Shown: in pieces, positions 1 through 8,097 of the stretch
Layout: every line of letters begins with the position of its first letter
Position numbering within the stretch: the first letter of the stretch is position 1
Assembly: GCA_024277355.1 (NCBI GenBank)
Contig: JAJRVL010000002.1
Span: 72,434-104,433, forward strand
DNA length: 32,000 nucleotides
Direction of reading: 5' to 3'
Source of the DNA: an archaeon
GTDB taxonomy: Archaea; Iainarchaeota; Iainarchaeia; Iainarchaeales; 1-14-0-10-31-34
The notes under the pieces: model-generated
What the model was told of the DNA's origin: nothing
Databases searched by the model: none
Seen by the model: only the letters and a program-made list of their open reading frames with translations
Position numbers and translations under genes: made by a program

Positions 1-87
1 TTCTGAAACTATTTTTTTTTCGTTTTTTCCTTCTCTAACCATTTTTGAAATGGTTTCAATTATGCTTGCCTCTTTTTGTACAGGCAT
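1..87 (-). CDS. Partial CDS (N-terminus only), paralog of the following gene
   Basis: Reverse complement of 1-87 reads MPVQKEASIIETISKMVREGKNEKKIVSE, open to the window edge. It resembles the N-terminus of the neighbouring 92..577 protein (MKIGNETSIIEIIEKMVKEGRPQKEILKE). Confidence 0.6.
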   Translation of the reverse strand, partial: MPVQKEASIIETISKMVREGKNEKKIVSE

Positions 88-91
88 GATA

Positions 92-577
92 TCACAATCT
101 AACTTCTCTTATTATTTTTTTCTTTCTGTGTTCTTTTTTTTCTTTTTCTGATTCAAAATCAAATCTTATTCCATGAGTTGTTTCTGGATGACTTAATAAT
201 TTCATTAATTCCTGCATTTTTGCTTTCTTTTTTTCTGTTTTTTCTTCTGTTTTTATTTTGTCTTCTAATAAATCTTTTAATTCATTTATTTTTTCATTGA
301 ATTGTTCAGCAATATGTCCTTCTTCTTCTTTTACTATTTCTACAATTAATTTTCTGAATAATATTTCTTCTTTTTTCATGTCTTCTTTGACAATTTTTTG
401 TATTTCTTTTTTTAGTAAAGCAAAAGTGTCTGCTTCTCCTAATAACAATAGTTTTCTTGCTTGTTCTTCTTTTATTCCTAAACTTTTCAGTTCTTTTAGT
501 ATTTCTTTTTGAGGACGGCCTTCTTTAACCATTTTTTCAATTATTTCAATTATGCTTGTTTCATTGCCTATTTTCAT
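92..577 (-). CDS. Conserved hypothetical, charged coiled-coil protein
   Basis: 161-aa ORF rich in K/E with heptad-like pattern; 4-nt gap to the paralogous downstream gene. Confidence 0.75.
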   Translation of the reverse strand: MKIGNETSIIEIIEKMVKEGRPQKEILKELKSLGIKEEQARKLLLLGEADTFALLKKEIQKIVKEDMKKEEILFRKLIVEIVKEEEGHIAEQFNEKINELKDLLEDKIKTEEKTEKKKAKMQELMKLLSHPETTHGIRFDFESEKEKKEHRKKKIIREVRL

Positions 578-664
578 TTTTTCACTGAATATAAAAAGAG
601 CTTTAGTATTAATAAATATTGTTGAATAATAAAGAAAAAAAGAAAAACCGGCAGATTATGCCAG

Positions 665-1369
665 TTAATTGTAATTTAAGTCATCTGAATTAAAATCAAA
701 GTTGTATTCCTGCATTAATTCTTCCATTGTTTTGATTTTATCTTGGGGTACAACAAAAACTGCATCTTCAACTGAATTTAATTTAATGTTTTTTAAGGAC
801 ATTTCTGCTTTGCCTACTTCAGTTGTCATTAAGAGTTTAACTGGAATGCCGTATTTAATTGAAATCCATGCTTTTGTTTTAACTGCTGTGTCTTCGTTTG
901 AAGCTTTATATTTGAATTCAATTACTTTTGTTTTCATGTCATTAACTGTTTCTTCTCCTAATTCTTTCATTTCAATATCATTTAATGCTTGTTCAGAGAA
1001 ATCTAAGAAATCTAATCCGCCGGCATTTCCTGAGTCAGGTACGTCCATTTCTAAATAAACATCTTTTGCTGGATCGTAGTTATACATGTGTGTTCCATTA
1101 AAAATTAACTCGGATTTTTGTCCTAAAATTGAAGTTTCCATTTTGTATTTTTCTTTTTTTTGGTAAACTGTTAAAGTTAAAGGAAAAGGAGTAGTCATTA
1201 TAACATCATATTGAATATTGTCAATGCTTTTTCCTTTTTCCAGTATTTCCTGAATTGTTTCTGCTGAAAGTTTTTTTGCTTTTGTATTATCTTGGCTTGT
1301 TCCTTGAGTGCATCCTAAAGAAACAGTTAATGCAATTAATAAAATTAAAATTAATATTTTTTTGTTCAT
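665..1369 (-). CDS. Secreted lipoprotein, possibly LolA-like fold
   Basis: Signal peptide with lipobox-like LTVSLGC; the body resembles outer-membrane-lipoprotein-sorting-like proteins (YDPAKDVYLEMDV...). Fold assignment is tentative. Confidence 0.65.
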   Translation of the reverse strand: MNKKILILILLIALTVSLGCTQGTSQDNTKAKKLSAETIQEILEKGKSIDNIQYDVIMTTPFPLTLTVYQKKEKYKMETSILGQKSELIFNGTHMYNYDPAKDVYLEMDVPDSGNAGGLDFLDFSEQALNDIEMKELGEETVNDMKTKVIEFKYKASNEDTAVKTKAWISIKYGIPVKLLMTTEVGKAEMSLKNIKLNSVEDAVFVVPQDKIKTMEELMQEYNFDFNSDDLNYN

Positions 1370-1423
1370 TTAATTCCTCCTCTGGTTAATTAAGTTAAAT
1401 TAAGTTAAATCAAATTTAAAAGC

Positions 1424-2164
1424 CTATATTTTTATTTTTCCTTTTTGGAATTCTAATAAAAGTTGTTTTGAAACTGCATTAATATTAGGGAGTCCTTTTT
1501 TCATTAATTTTTTTCTTTTTAATGCAATTTCTTCAAGAATATTTTCCGGTTCATTTGATTTTGCACCTAATTTTTCAAGTTCTTTTGGGTTTTTTTCTTG
1601 CAGTAATTTAATTAATTTTTCTGCTGCTTCTTCAGGGTATTTTAATTTAGATGGGTTTTTTGCGCCAATTAAAACTAATTCAATTTCGTCTCTTTCTCCA
1701 TATGGAATAATTCCAGGGGAATCAATTAACTTAAAGTTTCTTCCTTTAACTATTTGTTCTCCTCTGGTAAATCCTGCTGTAATTGAAGTTTTAATTTTCT
1801 TTTTGGTTAAAGAATTAATTATTGAACTTTTTCCTGTGTTTGGATAACCTATTACTCCAATTGTATTTCCTGCTTTTTTTATTTTAATTGCAATTAATTC
1901 TCTTAATCTTGTCATTCCTTGTTTTTCTGTTGAAGAAATAAAAATGCATGTTTCTTTGATTTCTTTTTTTGTTTTTTTTGCAGTATTTTTTGAAATTAAA
2001 TCTGCTTTATTTAATACAATAATTAATTCTTTTCCTTTTCTTTTAATGTATTCTTCTATTTTTTTGTTTCTTGTTTTGTCTGCAAATCTTGCATCAACTA
2101 CTTCAATTAATATATCTGAATTATGGATTACTGAATAAACTCTGTCAAAAAAGCCTTTTCTCAT
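1424..2164 (-). CDS. Circularly permuted GTPase (YlqF/YawG-type)
   Basis: NKAD (G4) precedes the P-loop GYPNTGKSS (G1) and then DSPG (G3), giving a permuted G4-G1-G3 order. Confidence 0.88.
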   Translation of the reverse strand: MRKGFFDRVYSVIHNSDILIEVVDARFADKTRNKKIEEYIKRKGKELIIVLNKADLISKNTAKKTKKEIKETCIFISSTEKQGMTRLRELIAIKIKKAGNTIGVIGYPNTGKSSIINSLTKKKIKTSITAGFTRGEQIVKGRNFKLIDSPGIIPYGERDEIELVLIGAKNPSKLKYPEEAAEKLIKLLQEKNPKELEKLGAKSNEPENILEEIALKRKKLMKKGLPNINAVSKQLLLEFQKGKIKI

Positions 2165-2203
2165 TTAAATCAGAAAAAAATATGTTTAAGAGTAATTAAA
2201 TGC

Positions 2204-3112
2204 TTATTTGCGTTTTCTTACTTGAGAATAAATTCCTGCATAATAATATGCCCCAAACCCCATCCATATCGCAGAAAATAACATATAAATTAAACTTGAA
2301 ACAAAATAGTTTATTCCAATATAACCTATGCTTCTAGAAACCACGAAAAAAATTACTCCTATTATTAATAATGCAATAAAAATGTCAATTACTTTTCCTT
2401 GAGTTAAATTCCATCCATCTCTTAAAGACTGGAATATTCCTTTGTTTGTTTCCAAGAAAACATATGGTGTCATTGAAAGCCTGATTGAATTATAGATTAC
2501 TATAAACAGGTAAAAGAAAGATAAAAATAATGCAAGCAAAAGAAGTATAATGCCTATTCCGGAAATTAAAGTGATTATTCCGATTAAATATAATGCAATT
2601 ATTCCAATGAAAACAAAAAAGAATCTTTTGTCATAATAAGAAATTAAAGCCAGAATTCCTGATAAAATCTGGAGGATTATCAGTTTAACATATTTTGTTG
2701 CATTAAAAGGAGCTGTTTTAATTTTGTAGAAGTTCATTCCTTTTAGTAAAATTAAAACAGAAAAAAATCCCTGGATTAATAAAATCATAAAATAACCAAC
2801 AAAGGTAATTGAAATAATGGTAATTGATTCTGGAAATTGATTAAGTGTAGTAATTATTAATTGTGGTAAAACCTCTGCAATAAATTTAAGTATTTCAATT
2901 AAAGGCCGACTTCCCATAAGCAGAATTCCATAAGACATGCCATATATTTTCATTATTATTTGCACGTAAATTTTGTTTATAGTGTCTGATATTGTGAAAA
3001 AATAAACTAAAAATGAGATTAAATTTATAAGAAACCATATTTTTAAATATTTCATGGCTTCTTTATTTTTTTTCCATTTAAAACTATTATTTAAAATAAT
3101 GCTATAATCCAT
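2204..3112 (-). CDS. Multi-pass membrane protein, unknown function
   Basis: 302 aa with several long hydrophobic segments. Confidence 0.7.
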   Translation of the reverse strand: MDYSIILNNSFKWKKNKEAMKYLKIWFLINLISFLVYFFTISDTINKIYVQIIMKIYGMSYGILLMGSRPLIEILKFIAEVLPQLIITTLNQFPESITIISITFVGYFMILLIQGFFSVLILLKGMNFYKIKTAPFNATKYVKLIILQILSGILALISYYDKRFFFVFIGIIALYLIGIITLISGIGIILLLLALFLSFFYLFIVIYNSIRLSMTPYVFLETNKGIFQSLRDGWNLTQGKVIDIFIALLIIGVIFFVVSRSIGYIGINYFVSSLIYMLFSAIWMGFGAYYYAGIYSQVRKRK

Positions 3113-3214
3113 ACTAACTTTATTTGTTTTTTTAATATAAATATCTATTGTTTCTAAAAATGAGTGAATTATTGTATTTTTGTCATAATATGGTAATTTA
3201 TGATCCTTAAATGC

Positions 3215-3277
3215 TTATTTACTTTTCCTTACTTGAGAATAAATTTCTGAATAACTGTAAACTGCAAATGCTTCCAT
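3215..3277 (-). pseudogene. Decayed C-terminal remnant of a second copy of the 2204..3112 membrane protein
   Basis: Reverse-strand translation MEAFAVYSYSEIYSQVRKSK* matches the neighbour's C-terminus ...GAYYYAGIYSQVRKRK*. DNA similarity continues past the stop codon (TTAAATGCTTATTT...CTTACTTGAGAATAAATT in both). Confidence 0.6.
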
Positions 3278-3319
3278 TATTAAAAATATTAAGCAATAGA
3301 ATTATTTAAAGGTTTAGTT

Positions 3320-3670
3320 TTAAAGTAATTTTAAGTTTTTAGTGTATTTGTTAATTAAGTTTTCAGGGCCTGGGCCAATTCCAATACATGTTTTGCTTCC
3401 TGAAGCAATTTGTGTTCTTCCTGCATCTCTGATTAATGCAGTTGGAATTTCTTTTTTTATTGATTCAAATAATTCAAGTAATTCTTTTTCTGATGAAACT
3501 TTTAATACAACTTTTTGTGTTCCTGTTTGTTTCCATTCTTCAACCCATTCAGGAAACTTTATTTTTGTTTTTTCTAAGGCTTCAACTGAAGCGTGTGATG
3601 CCTGTGCGGCAGTTTTTCCTTTCTGCATCTTTAAGTCTGTTCTAATTACAATTACTTGCTTAAATTCCAT
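3320..3670 (-). CDS. pth2: Peptidyl-tRNA hydrolase, Pth2 family
   Basis: QVIVIRTDLKMQKGKTAAQASHAS...; VVLKVSSEKELLELFESIKKE; IRDAGRTQIASGSKTCIGIGPG: classic Pth2 motifs. Confidence 0.96.
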   Translation of the reverse strand: MEFKQVIVIRTDLKMQKGKTAAQASHASVEALEKTKIKFPEWVEEWKQTGTQKVVLKVSSEKELLELFESIKKEIPTALIRDAGRTQIASGSKTCIGIGPGPENLINKYTKNLKLL

Positions 3671-3684
3671 TTTAAATCAATTAT

Positions 3685-3825
3685 TTATTCATCACTGCAT
3701 TCATCATCGTCTTTGCATTCTTCTTCAAAACCGCATTCACTGCATACATATTTGTTTTCTTTTTTTTCCATTTCTTTTCCGCAGTGTTCTTTTTTTGTTT
3801 CTTCGTGTCCACAACAACAACCCAT
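3685..3825 (-). CDS. Small Cys-rich zinc-ribbon protein (absent from ORF track)
   Basis: Manual translation MGCCCGHEETKKEHCGKEMEKKENKYVCSECGFEEECKDDDECSDE*; CxxC pair, between pth2 and the next CDS. Confidence 0.6.
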   Translation of the reverse strand: MGCCCGHEETKKEHCGKEMEKKENKYVCSECGFEEECKDDDECSDE

Positions 3826-3829
3826 TTTT

Positions 3830-4150
3830 TCATCCCCTTAATTCTTTTAATGTTAAAGTTTTTGTTAATCCGTCATTTCCCCATAATTGAGAGAAACTTT
3901 CAGATGAATGTTTTTCAATCCATAACTGTCTGTTTGTTGGATGGGCGTGCCCTTTGTTTGTGTATCCAACGTCATATTCGACTAGGATTCTGTCTTTTCC
4001 TATTTTAACTAAACGAAAAACTTTTCCGCCGTTTCCGTTTGATTCAAATAATTCGCCTTCTGTTACTTCTACTTCTTTTGTTTCTCTTTCTTTCTGAAAA
4101 GGCGGATTCCAGTCTTGTTTTAGTTCTTTTATTTCAATTACTGCTTTCAT
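3830..4150 (-). CDS. Hypothetical protein
   Basis: Track ORF 3830..4180; the internal ATG at 4150 (MKAVIEIKELK...) is a more natural start than MHFFFFEGTQ. Confidence 0.6.
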   Translation of the reverse strand: MKAVIEIKELKQDWNPPFQKERETKEVEVTEGELFESNGNGGKVFRLVKIGKDRILVEYDVGYTNKGHAHPTNRQLWIEKHSSESFSQLWGNDGLTKTLTLKELRG

Positions 4151-4216
4151 TTGTGTTCCCTCAAAAAAAAAGAAGTGCATTTAATTTAATAACCTTTGCT
4201 GTTTTCAGAGGAAAAA

Positions 4217-5191
4217 TCAAAAATACTTGATTTTAAGTATTTCAGAATAAAGGATATAATTGTAGTCTTTGATTATATCAAAGAATTTTTCTTTCATTTC
4301 TTTTATTATTTTCTTGAATTCCTTATGCGAAGAAACAACTAATTCCATTTCAAAATCAGCAAAACCAATTGTTTTGTCAACATAAATTATTTTTTCATGC
4401 TGTAATGCAAAATTCACTAATTTATTGTATTGTTTTAAATCCTTTAAATTAAAATTAACTTTATAGTAATTTAACTCAAACAAGTCAAAGTTTAAGTTTA
4501 ATCTAAAACCTTGAATTAATCCTTCTTTTTTCATTTTTTCCAATGCATATTTGACTTGGATTGGGGTTATCTTCAGTTTTTTTGCAATTTCAACTGAACC
4601 AATTCTTGCATTATCTGAAACTATTTTTAAAATTTTTTTTTCTTTTTCTGAAACCTTAATTCTTTTGTCTGTTCCTGAAATAATTTTTTTTCTTTCTTCT
4701 TTTTCTGGCTTAAGAAAAGCAAGGTTAAACTGAATTAAACCTGAATAAAGTGAAACATCAATTTTTTGAAATAAATTCCTGTATTTTATCATTAATTTTT
4801 TCCAAAATTCATTGAATTCAAATGAATTTTTTGCCCAAATCACAAAACATAAGTCAAATTCGCCGTCAGTTTTTCCGACCCACCAAATCATATTATTTCC
4901 AATTAAATAGTTAGTTAATTCCTGTTCTTGTTCAGGATTAATGTACTGGTATTTCAGATAAACCCTGAACTGTTCAAACCCAAGCAAAGACATGTCAATA
5001 GCAGAATAATAACCTAAAATAACTTTTTTTTCCTCAAGTTTTTTTATTCTGTAATTGACGGTTCCTGAATTTAACTTAATTTTTTTTGCCAGCTTGTTAA
5101 CTGAAATTCTTGAATTCAAATCCAATTCAAATAAAATTTCCCTGTCTTTTGAATCCAGTTCAAGTTTATTAAAAATAGCATTTAAAGACAT
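4217..5191 (-). CDS. Double-length Lrp/AsnC-type transcriptional regulator (HTH-sensor-HTH-sensor)
   Basis: Two Lrp-like HTH units: LDSKDREILFELDLNSRISVNKLAKKIKLNSGTVNYRIKKLEEKKVILGYY and VSEKEKKILKIVSDNARIGSVEIAKKLKITPIQVKYALEKMKKEGLIQGFR. Confidence 0.85.
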   Translation of the reverse strand: MSLNAIFNKLELDSKDREILFELDLNSRISVNKLAKKIKLNSGTVNYRIKKLEEKKVILGYYSAIDMSLLGFEQFRVYLKYQYINPEQEQELTNYLIGNNMIWWVGKTDGEFDLCFVIWAKNSFEFNEFWKKLMIKYRNLFQKIDVSLYSGLIQFNLAFLKPEKEERKKIISGTDKRIKVSEKEKKILKIVSDNARIGSVEIAKKLKITPIQVKYALEKMKKEGLIQGFRLNLNFDLFELNYYKVNFNLKDLKQYNKLVNFALQHEKIIYVDKTIGFADFEMELVVSSHKEFKKIIKEMKEKFFDIIKDYNYILYSEILKIKYF

Positions 5192-5280
5192 ATTTAATCA
5201 AATTAATAAAAATAGTTAAATTATTATCGTTTTGATTAAAAATCACTTAAAAACTTTTAATAGGCTGATAACACACAGTT

Positions 5281-6057
5281 ATGTATATGTCTAATCTTTA
5301 TTCTATTGATTTTATTTGGGATATTTGTTTAGAATCTCTTTATAACAAAAAACTTTATTCAAAGTCTCTTACAAAACTTTTTAATAAATATAACTCAAAA
5401 AAAATTCTTGACTGTTCTTGTGGAACAGGTTTTCCTTCAATTGAATTAAAGAAAAACGGCTTTGATTTAACTTGTTCTGATGCAAGCTTTAATGCAGTTA
5501 AAATCCTTAAATCAAAATTAAAGCAGGAAAATATTTCAATGCCTGTATTAAATCTTAGCTGGCAGAAATTAGATTCTTTTTTTAATGAAGAATTTGATGC
5601 AGTTTTATGCAGGGGCAATTCAATTAGTTATGCAGTTTCTTGGGAAAAGAATTCAGTTGATCTTGAAGAAGCAAGAAAAGAAATTATTGTTTCACTGAAA
5701 AACATATATTCTGTAATAAAAAAAGGAGGAATCCTTTACATTGACATTGCTTCACTTAAACCAAAGAATCCGCTTAATTCAGTTTTTATAAAAGAGTTTT
5801 CTTCTGGAAAACTTAAAGGAAAAAAATTAAGTATTAGTTCTGAAGTAAATAATTTAGTGACTGAAAATAAAAGAACCTGGAAACTTAATGTTTTAGTTGA
5901 ACCTGAAAATAAAAGTCATTCAATTTATTCTGAAGGATATCTTTTAACTAAAATAGAATTAGTTTCAGTTCTAAAACAAATTGGCTTTAAAGAAATTCTT
6001 CCGTGCAGTGAAATCAAAGGCGAAAAAGTTTATGACGCTTTTGTTGCATTAAAATAA
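5281..6057 (+). CDS. SAM-dependent class I methyltransferase
   Basis: ILDCSCGTGFPSIELKKNGFDLTCSDAS (motif I/II) and GGILYIDIAS. Confidence 0.85.
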   Translation: MYMSNLYSIDFIWDICLESLYNKKLYSKSLTKLFNKYNSKKILDCSCGTGFPSIELKKNGFDLTCSDASFNAVKILKSKLKQENISMPVLNLSWQKLDSFFNEEFDAVLCRGNSISYAVSWEKNSVDLEEARKEIIVSLKNIYSVIKKGGILYIDIASLKPKNPLNSVFIKEFSSGKLKGKKLSISSEVNNLVTENKRTWKLNVLVEPENKSHSIYSEGYLLTKIELVSVLKQIGFKEILPCSEIKGEKVYDAFVALK

Positions 6058-6068
6058 TATGTGGTTAA

Positions 6069-6404
6069 ATGAAGTGTTTTTTGAAATCAAAAATTCACAG
6101 GGCAAAAGTGACTGAAGCAAACTTAGATTATGTTGGAAGCATTTCAATTGATGAAAAATTAATGCAGAAAGCAGGGTTAGAAGAAAATGAAAAAGTTTTG
6201 GTTGCAAATATTTCTAATGGAGAAAGAATTGAAACATATGTAATCAAAGGAAAAAAAGGAGAAATCTGCTTAAATGGAGCAGCGGCAAAAAAATTCATGG
6301 AAAATGATTTAGTTATAATAATGGCTTTTGAATATTCAGACAAACCAGTTAAACCAAAAATTGTTTTGGTTGATGAAAATAATGGGTTTAAGGAGTTTTT
6401 GTAA
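6069..6404 (+). CDS. panD: Aspartate 1-decarboxylase, pyruvoyl-dependent (PanD type)
   Basis: SKIHRAKVTEANLDYVGSISID with the Gly-Ser self-processing site; ISNGERIETYVI; ICLNGAAAKKF; NDLVIIMAF. Confidence 0.93.
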   Translation: MKCFLKSKIHRAKVTEANLDYVGSISIDEKLMQKAGLEENEKVLVANISNGERIETYVIKGKKGEICLNGAAAKKFMENDLVIIMAFEYSDKPVKPKIVLVDENNGFKEFL

Positions 6405-7058
6405 TCACGGCAGGTAATATTTTAATACTGTTCCGTAACTTCTGTTCATAATTTTTGCTATTTCTGAAGGAGTTTTTCCTTGGTTTTTTAATTTTTGTAT
6501 TTGTTGTTTTTCTTTTTGGCTTAGAATTTTAATTTTTCCTCCTTTTTGTTTTCCTCCTTTTTTTTGCATTTCTCTTAATTCTTTTTTTGGTCTTATTTCA
6601 AGTAGTTTGTTAATGTAAAGTAGTGCGGTTGAACTTATTTTAATTCCTTTTTTTTTCATTTCTGTGGAAATTTGTCTGAGTGACTTATTTTTTTCACTGA
6701 AAATTTTGTTTGATGCAATAATTAATGTTATTGCATTAAGCGTGTTTCTTGAATTAATTTGCTGGTTTTTTATGTAGTGTTCCCATAATTTATTTCTTGT
6801 TTTTAATGGAATGTCTTTTCTTATCAAAACAAAGAATTTTTCTTTTTTCATTGGAGCTAATTTTTTTTGTAATAAATTGTGTTTTATTAAACTATTTCTG
6901 ACAGTTTGATTTGAAACAGTTATTTTAAATTTTGTTTCAATTTGGTTTTGTATTTCGGCAACTGAAAGAGGTTTATTTAAAATAAAGTTTTTGTTTACCT
7001 GCCTTTTAATAGAATTAATTATTTGCGGTGAAATTTTTGGAGTATTTTTTCTTTTCAT
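6405..7058 (-). CDS. Basic HTH-like protein, paralog 1
   Basis: 217 aa, highly basic; C-terminal HTH-like QKEKQQIQKLKNQGKTPSEIAKIMNRSYGTVLKYY. It shares a core (KFFVLIRKDIP...NKLWEHY...NTLNAITLI...QISTEMKKKG) with the 7064..8011 ORF. Confidence 0.7.
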   Translation of the reverse strand: MKRKNTPKISPQIINSIKRQVNKNFILNKPLSVAEIQNQIETKFKITVSNQTVRNSLIKHNLLQKKLAPMKKEKFFVLIRKDIPLKTRNKLWEHYIKNQQINSRNTLNAITLIIASNKIFSEKNKSLRQISTEMKKKGIKISSTALLYINKLLEIRPKKELREMQKKGGKQKGGKIKILSQKEKQQIQKLKNQGKTPSEIAKIMNRSYGTVLKYYLP

Positions 7059-7063
7059 ATAAA

Positions 7064-8011
7064 TCAGAAATCTTTTGAAGTTGGAAACCTCATTTTATTC
7101 ATTTTATTGATTTTTTCAATTCTTAATTGTTTTTGTCTTTTGCTCCATAAATTATTTATTTTTTCCATTAAAATTTTTTCATTTTTAATTCCTGTTTTTT
7201 CTAATTGTGCTAACACGTCAGCAGGATAATAATCCATGTTAACTAATTCACTTATTTTTATGCTGATTTCTTTTGAAACGGTTTTTGGTTTAATTTTAAT
7301 TTTTGTTTTGTTTCCAAAATAAAATCTTTTTCGCATTGCTTTTTCTTCTTTAGAAAATATTTCTAATCTGGTTGAAATAACATTTATTCCTGATAAAGAA
7401 ATGCTTACTTTTTTTTCAGCTAATTTTTTTTGAATTTCAATAAAAGCAGTTGGTTTTTTTGTGTTTTTTTGTTTGAATAATTCTACTGCAATTTTAATGT
7501 AATTTTTTGCAGGTATTTTGTATTTTATTTTAACTGAATTTCTTGCATATAATTTCCAAAGCTTGTTTTGTTTGTCTGCTGAAAAATATTTTTTTATTTG
7601 GTTTGGAATTGATTTTGAAATTAAATCAAAAAACCTTTTTTTTGGCATTATTTTGTTTTTTTTTCTTGTTTGTCTGTAAACAGAAAGTTTTGTCTGTCTT
7701 TTTGGTTTTTTTGGAGTTGTTCCTTTGTTTTCCCAGTAATTTTTAATTGCTATTTTGATTTCTCCGTGATGTAATTTTATTCCTTCTTTTATAAGTTTGT
7801 TTTTAATTGCATTAGCACTTAATTGTTGTTCAGTCATTTCTCCAATTTTTTTCATAGTTGTTTCATTAATTCTTTTAACTTTTGGTTTTATTTTAACTTC
7901 AGCAACCATGATTTTTTTGGTTTGTTGTATGCTAAAACTTGAATTAACTCTTGTTCTTTTGCTTAAGTGATTTTGTTTTAGCATTTTTTTTATTGGAACA
8001 GGTTTTTTCAT
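7064..8011 (-). CDS. Basic HTH-like protein, paralog 2
   Basis: 315 aa, highly basic; core KRFFDLISKSIP...NKLWKLY...NYIKIAVELF...IQKKLAEKKVSISLSGI; 5 nt upstream of paralog 1 (probable operon). Confidence 0.7.
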   Translation of the reverse strand: MKKPVPIKKMLKQNHLSKRTRVNSSFSIQQTKKIMVAEVKIKPKVKRINETTMKKIGEMTEQQLSANAIKNKLIKEGIKLHHGEIKIAIKNYWENKGTTPKKPKRQTKLSVYRQTRKKNKIMPKKRFFDLISKSIPNQIKKYFSADKQNKLWKLYARNSVKIKYKIPAKNYIKIAVELFKQKNTKKPTAFIEIQKKLAEKKVSISLSGINVISTRLEIFSKEEKAMRKRFYFGNKTKIKIKPKTVSKEISIKISELVNMDYYPADVLAQLEKTGIKNEKILMEKINNLWSKRQKQLRIEKINKMNKMRFPTSKDF

Positions 8012-8037
8012 TATTTAATTGTATTTTTCTTTCTTTT

Positions 8038-8055
8038 TAAATTTCACTGGCGTTT
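8038..8055. promoter_or_regulatory. Candidate shared bidirectional promoter/operator element, copy A
   Basis: TAAATTTCACTGGCGTTT, identical to 10598-10615. It lies between divergent starts 8011 (-) and 8098 (+) and abuts the minus-strand A/T-rich TATA-like box. Confidence 0.6.
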
Positions 8056-8097
8056 ATCTTCATAAACCTTTTTAAATTAACAAAACTTTTATTTTAT

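Noticed and set aside
3342-4230. + strand ORFs opposite pth2 and the following small genes (3342-3890, 3436-3645, 3656-3841, 3784-4008, 4039-4230)
   Set aside because: Low-complexity antisense frames; the minus-strand genes have clear family matches or better composition.
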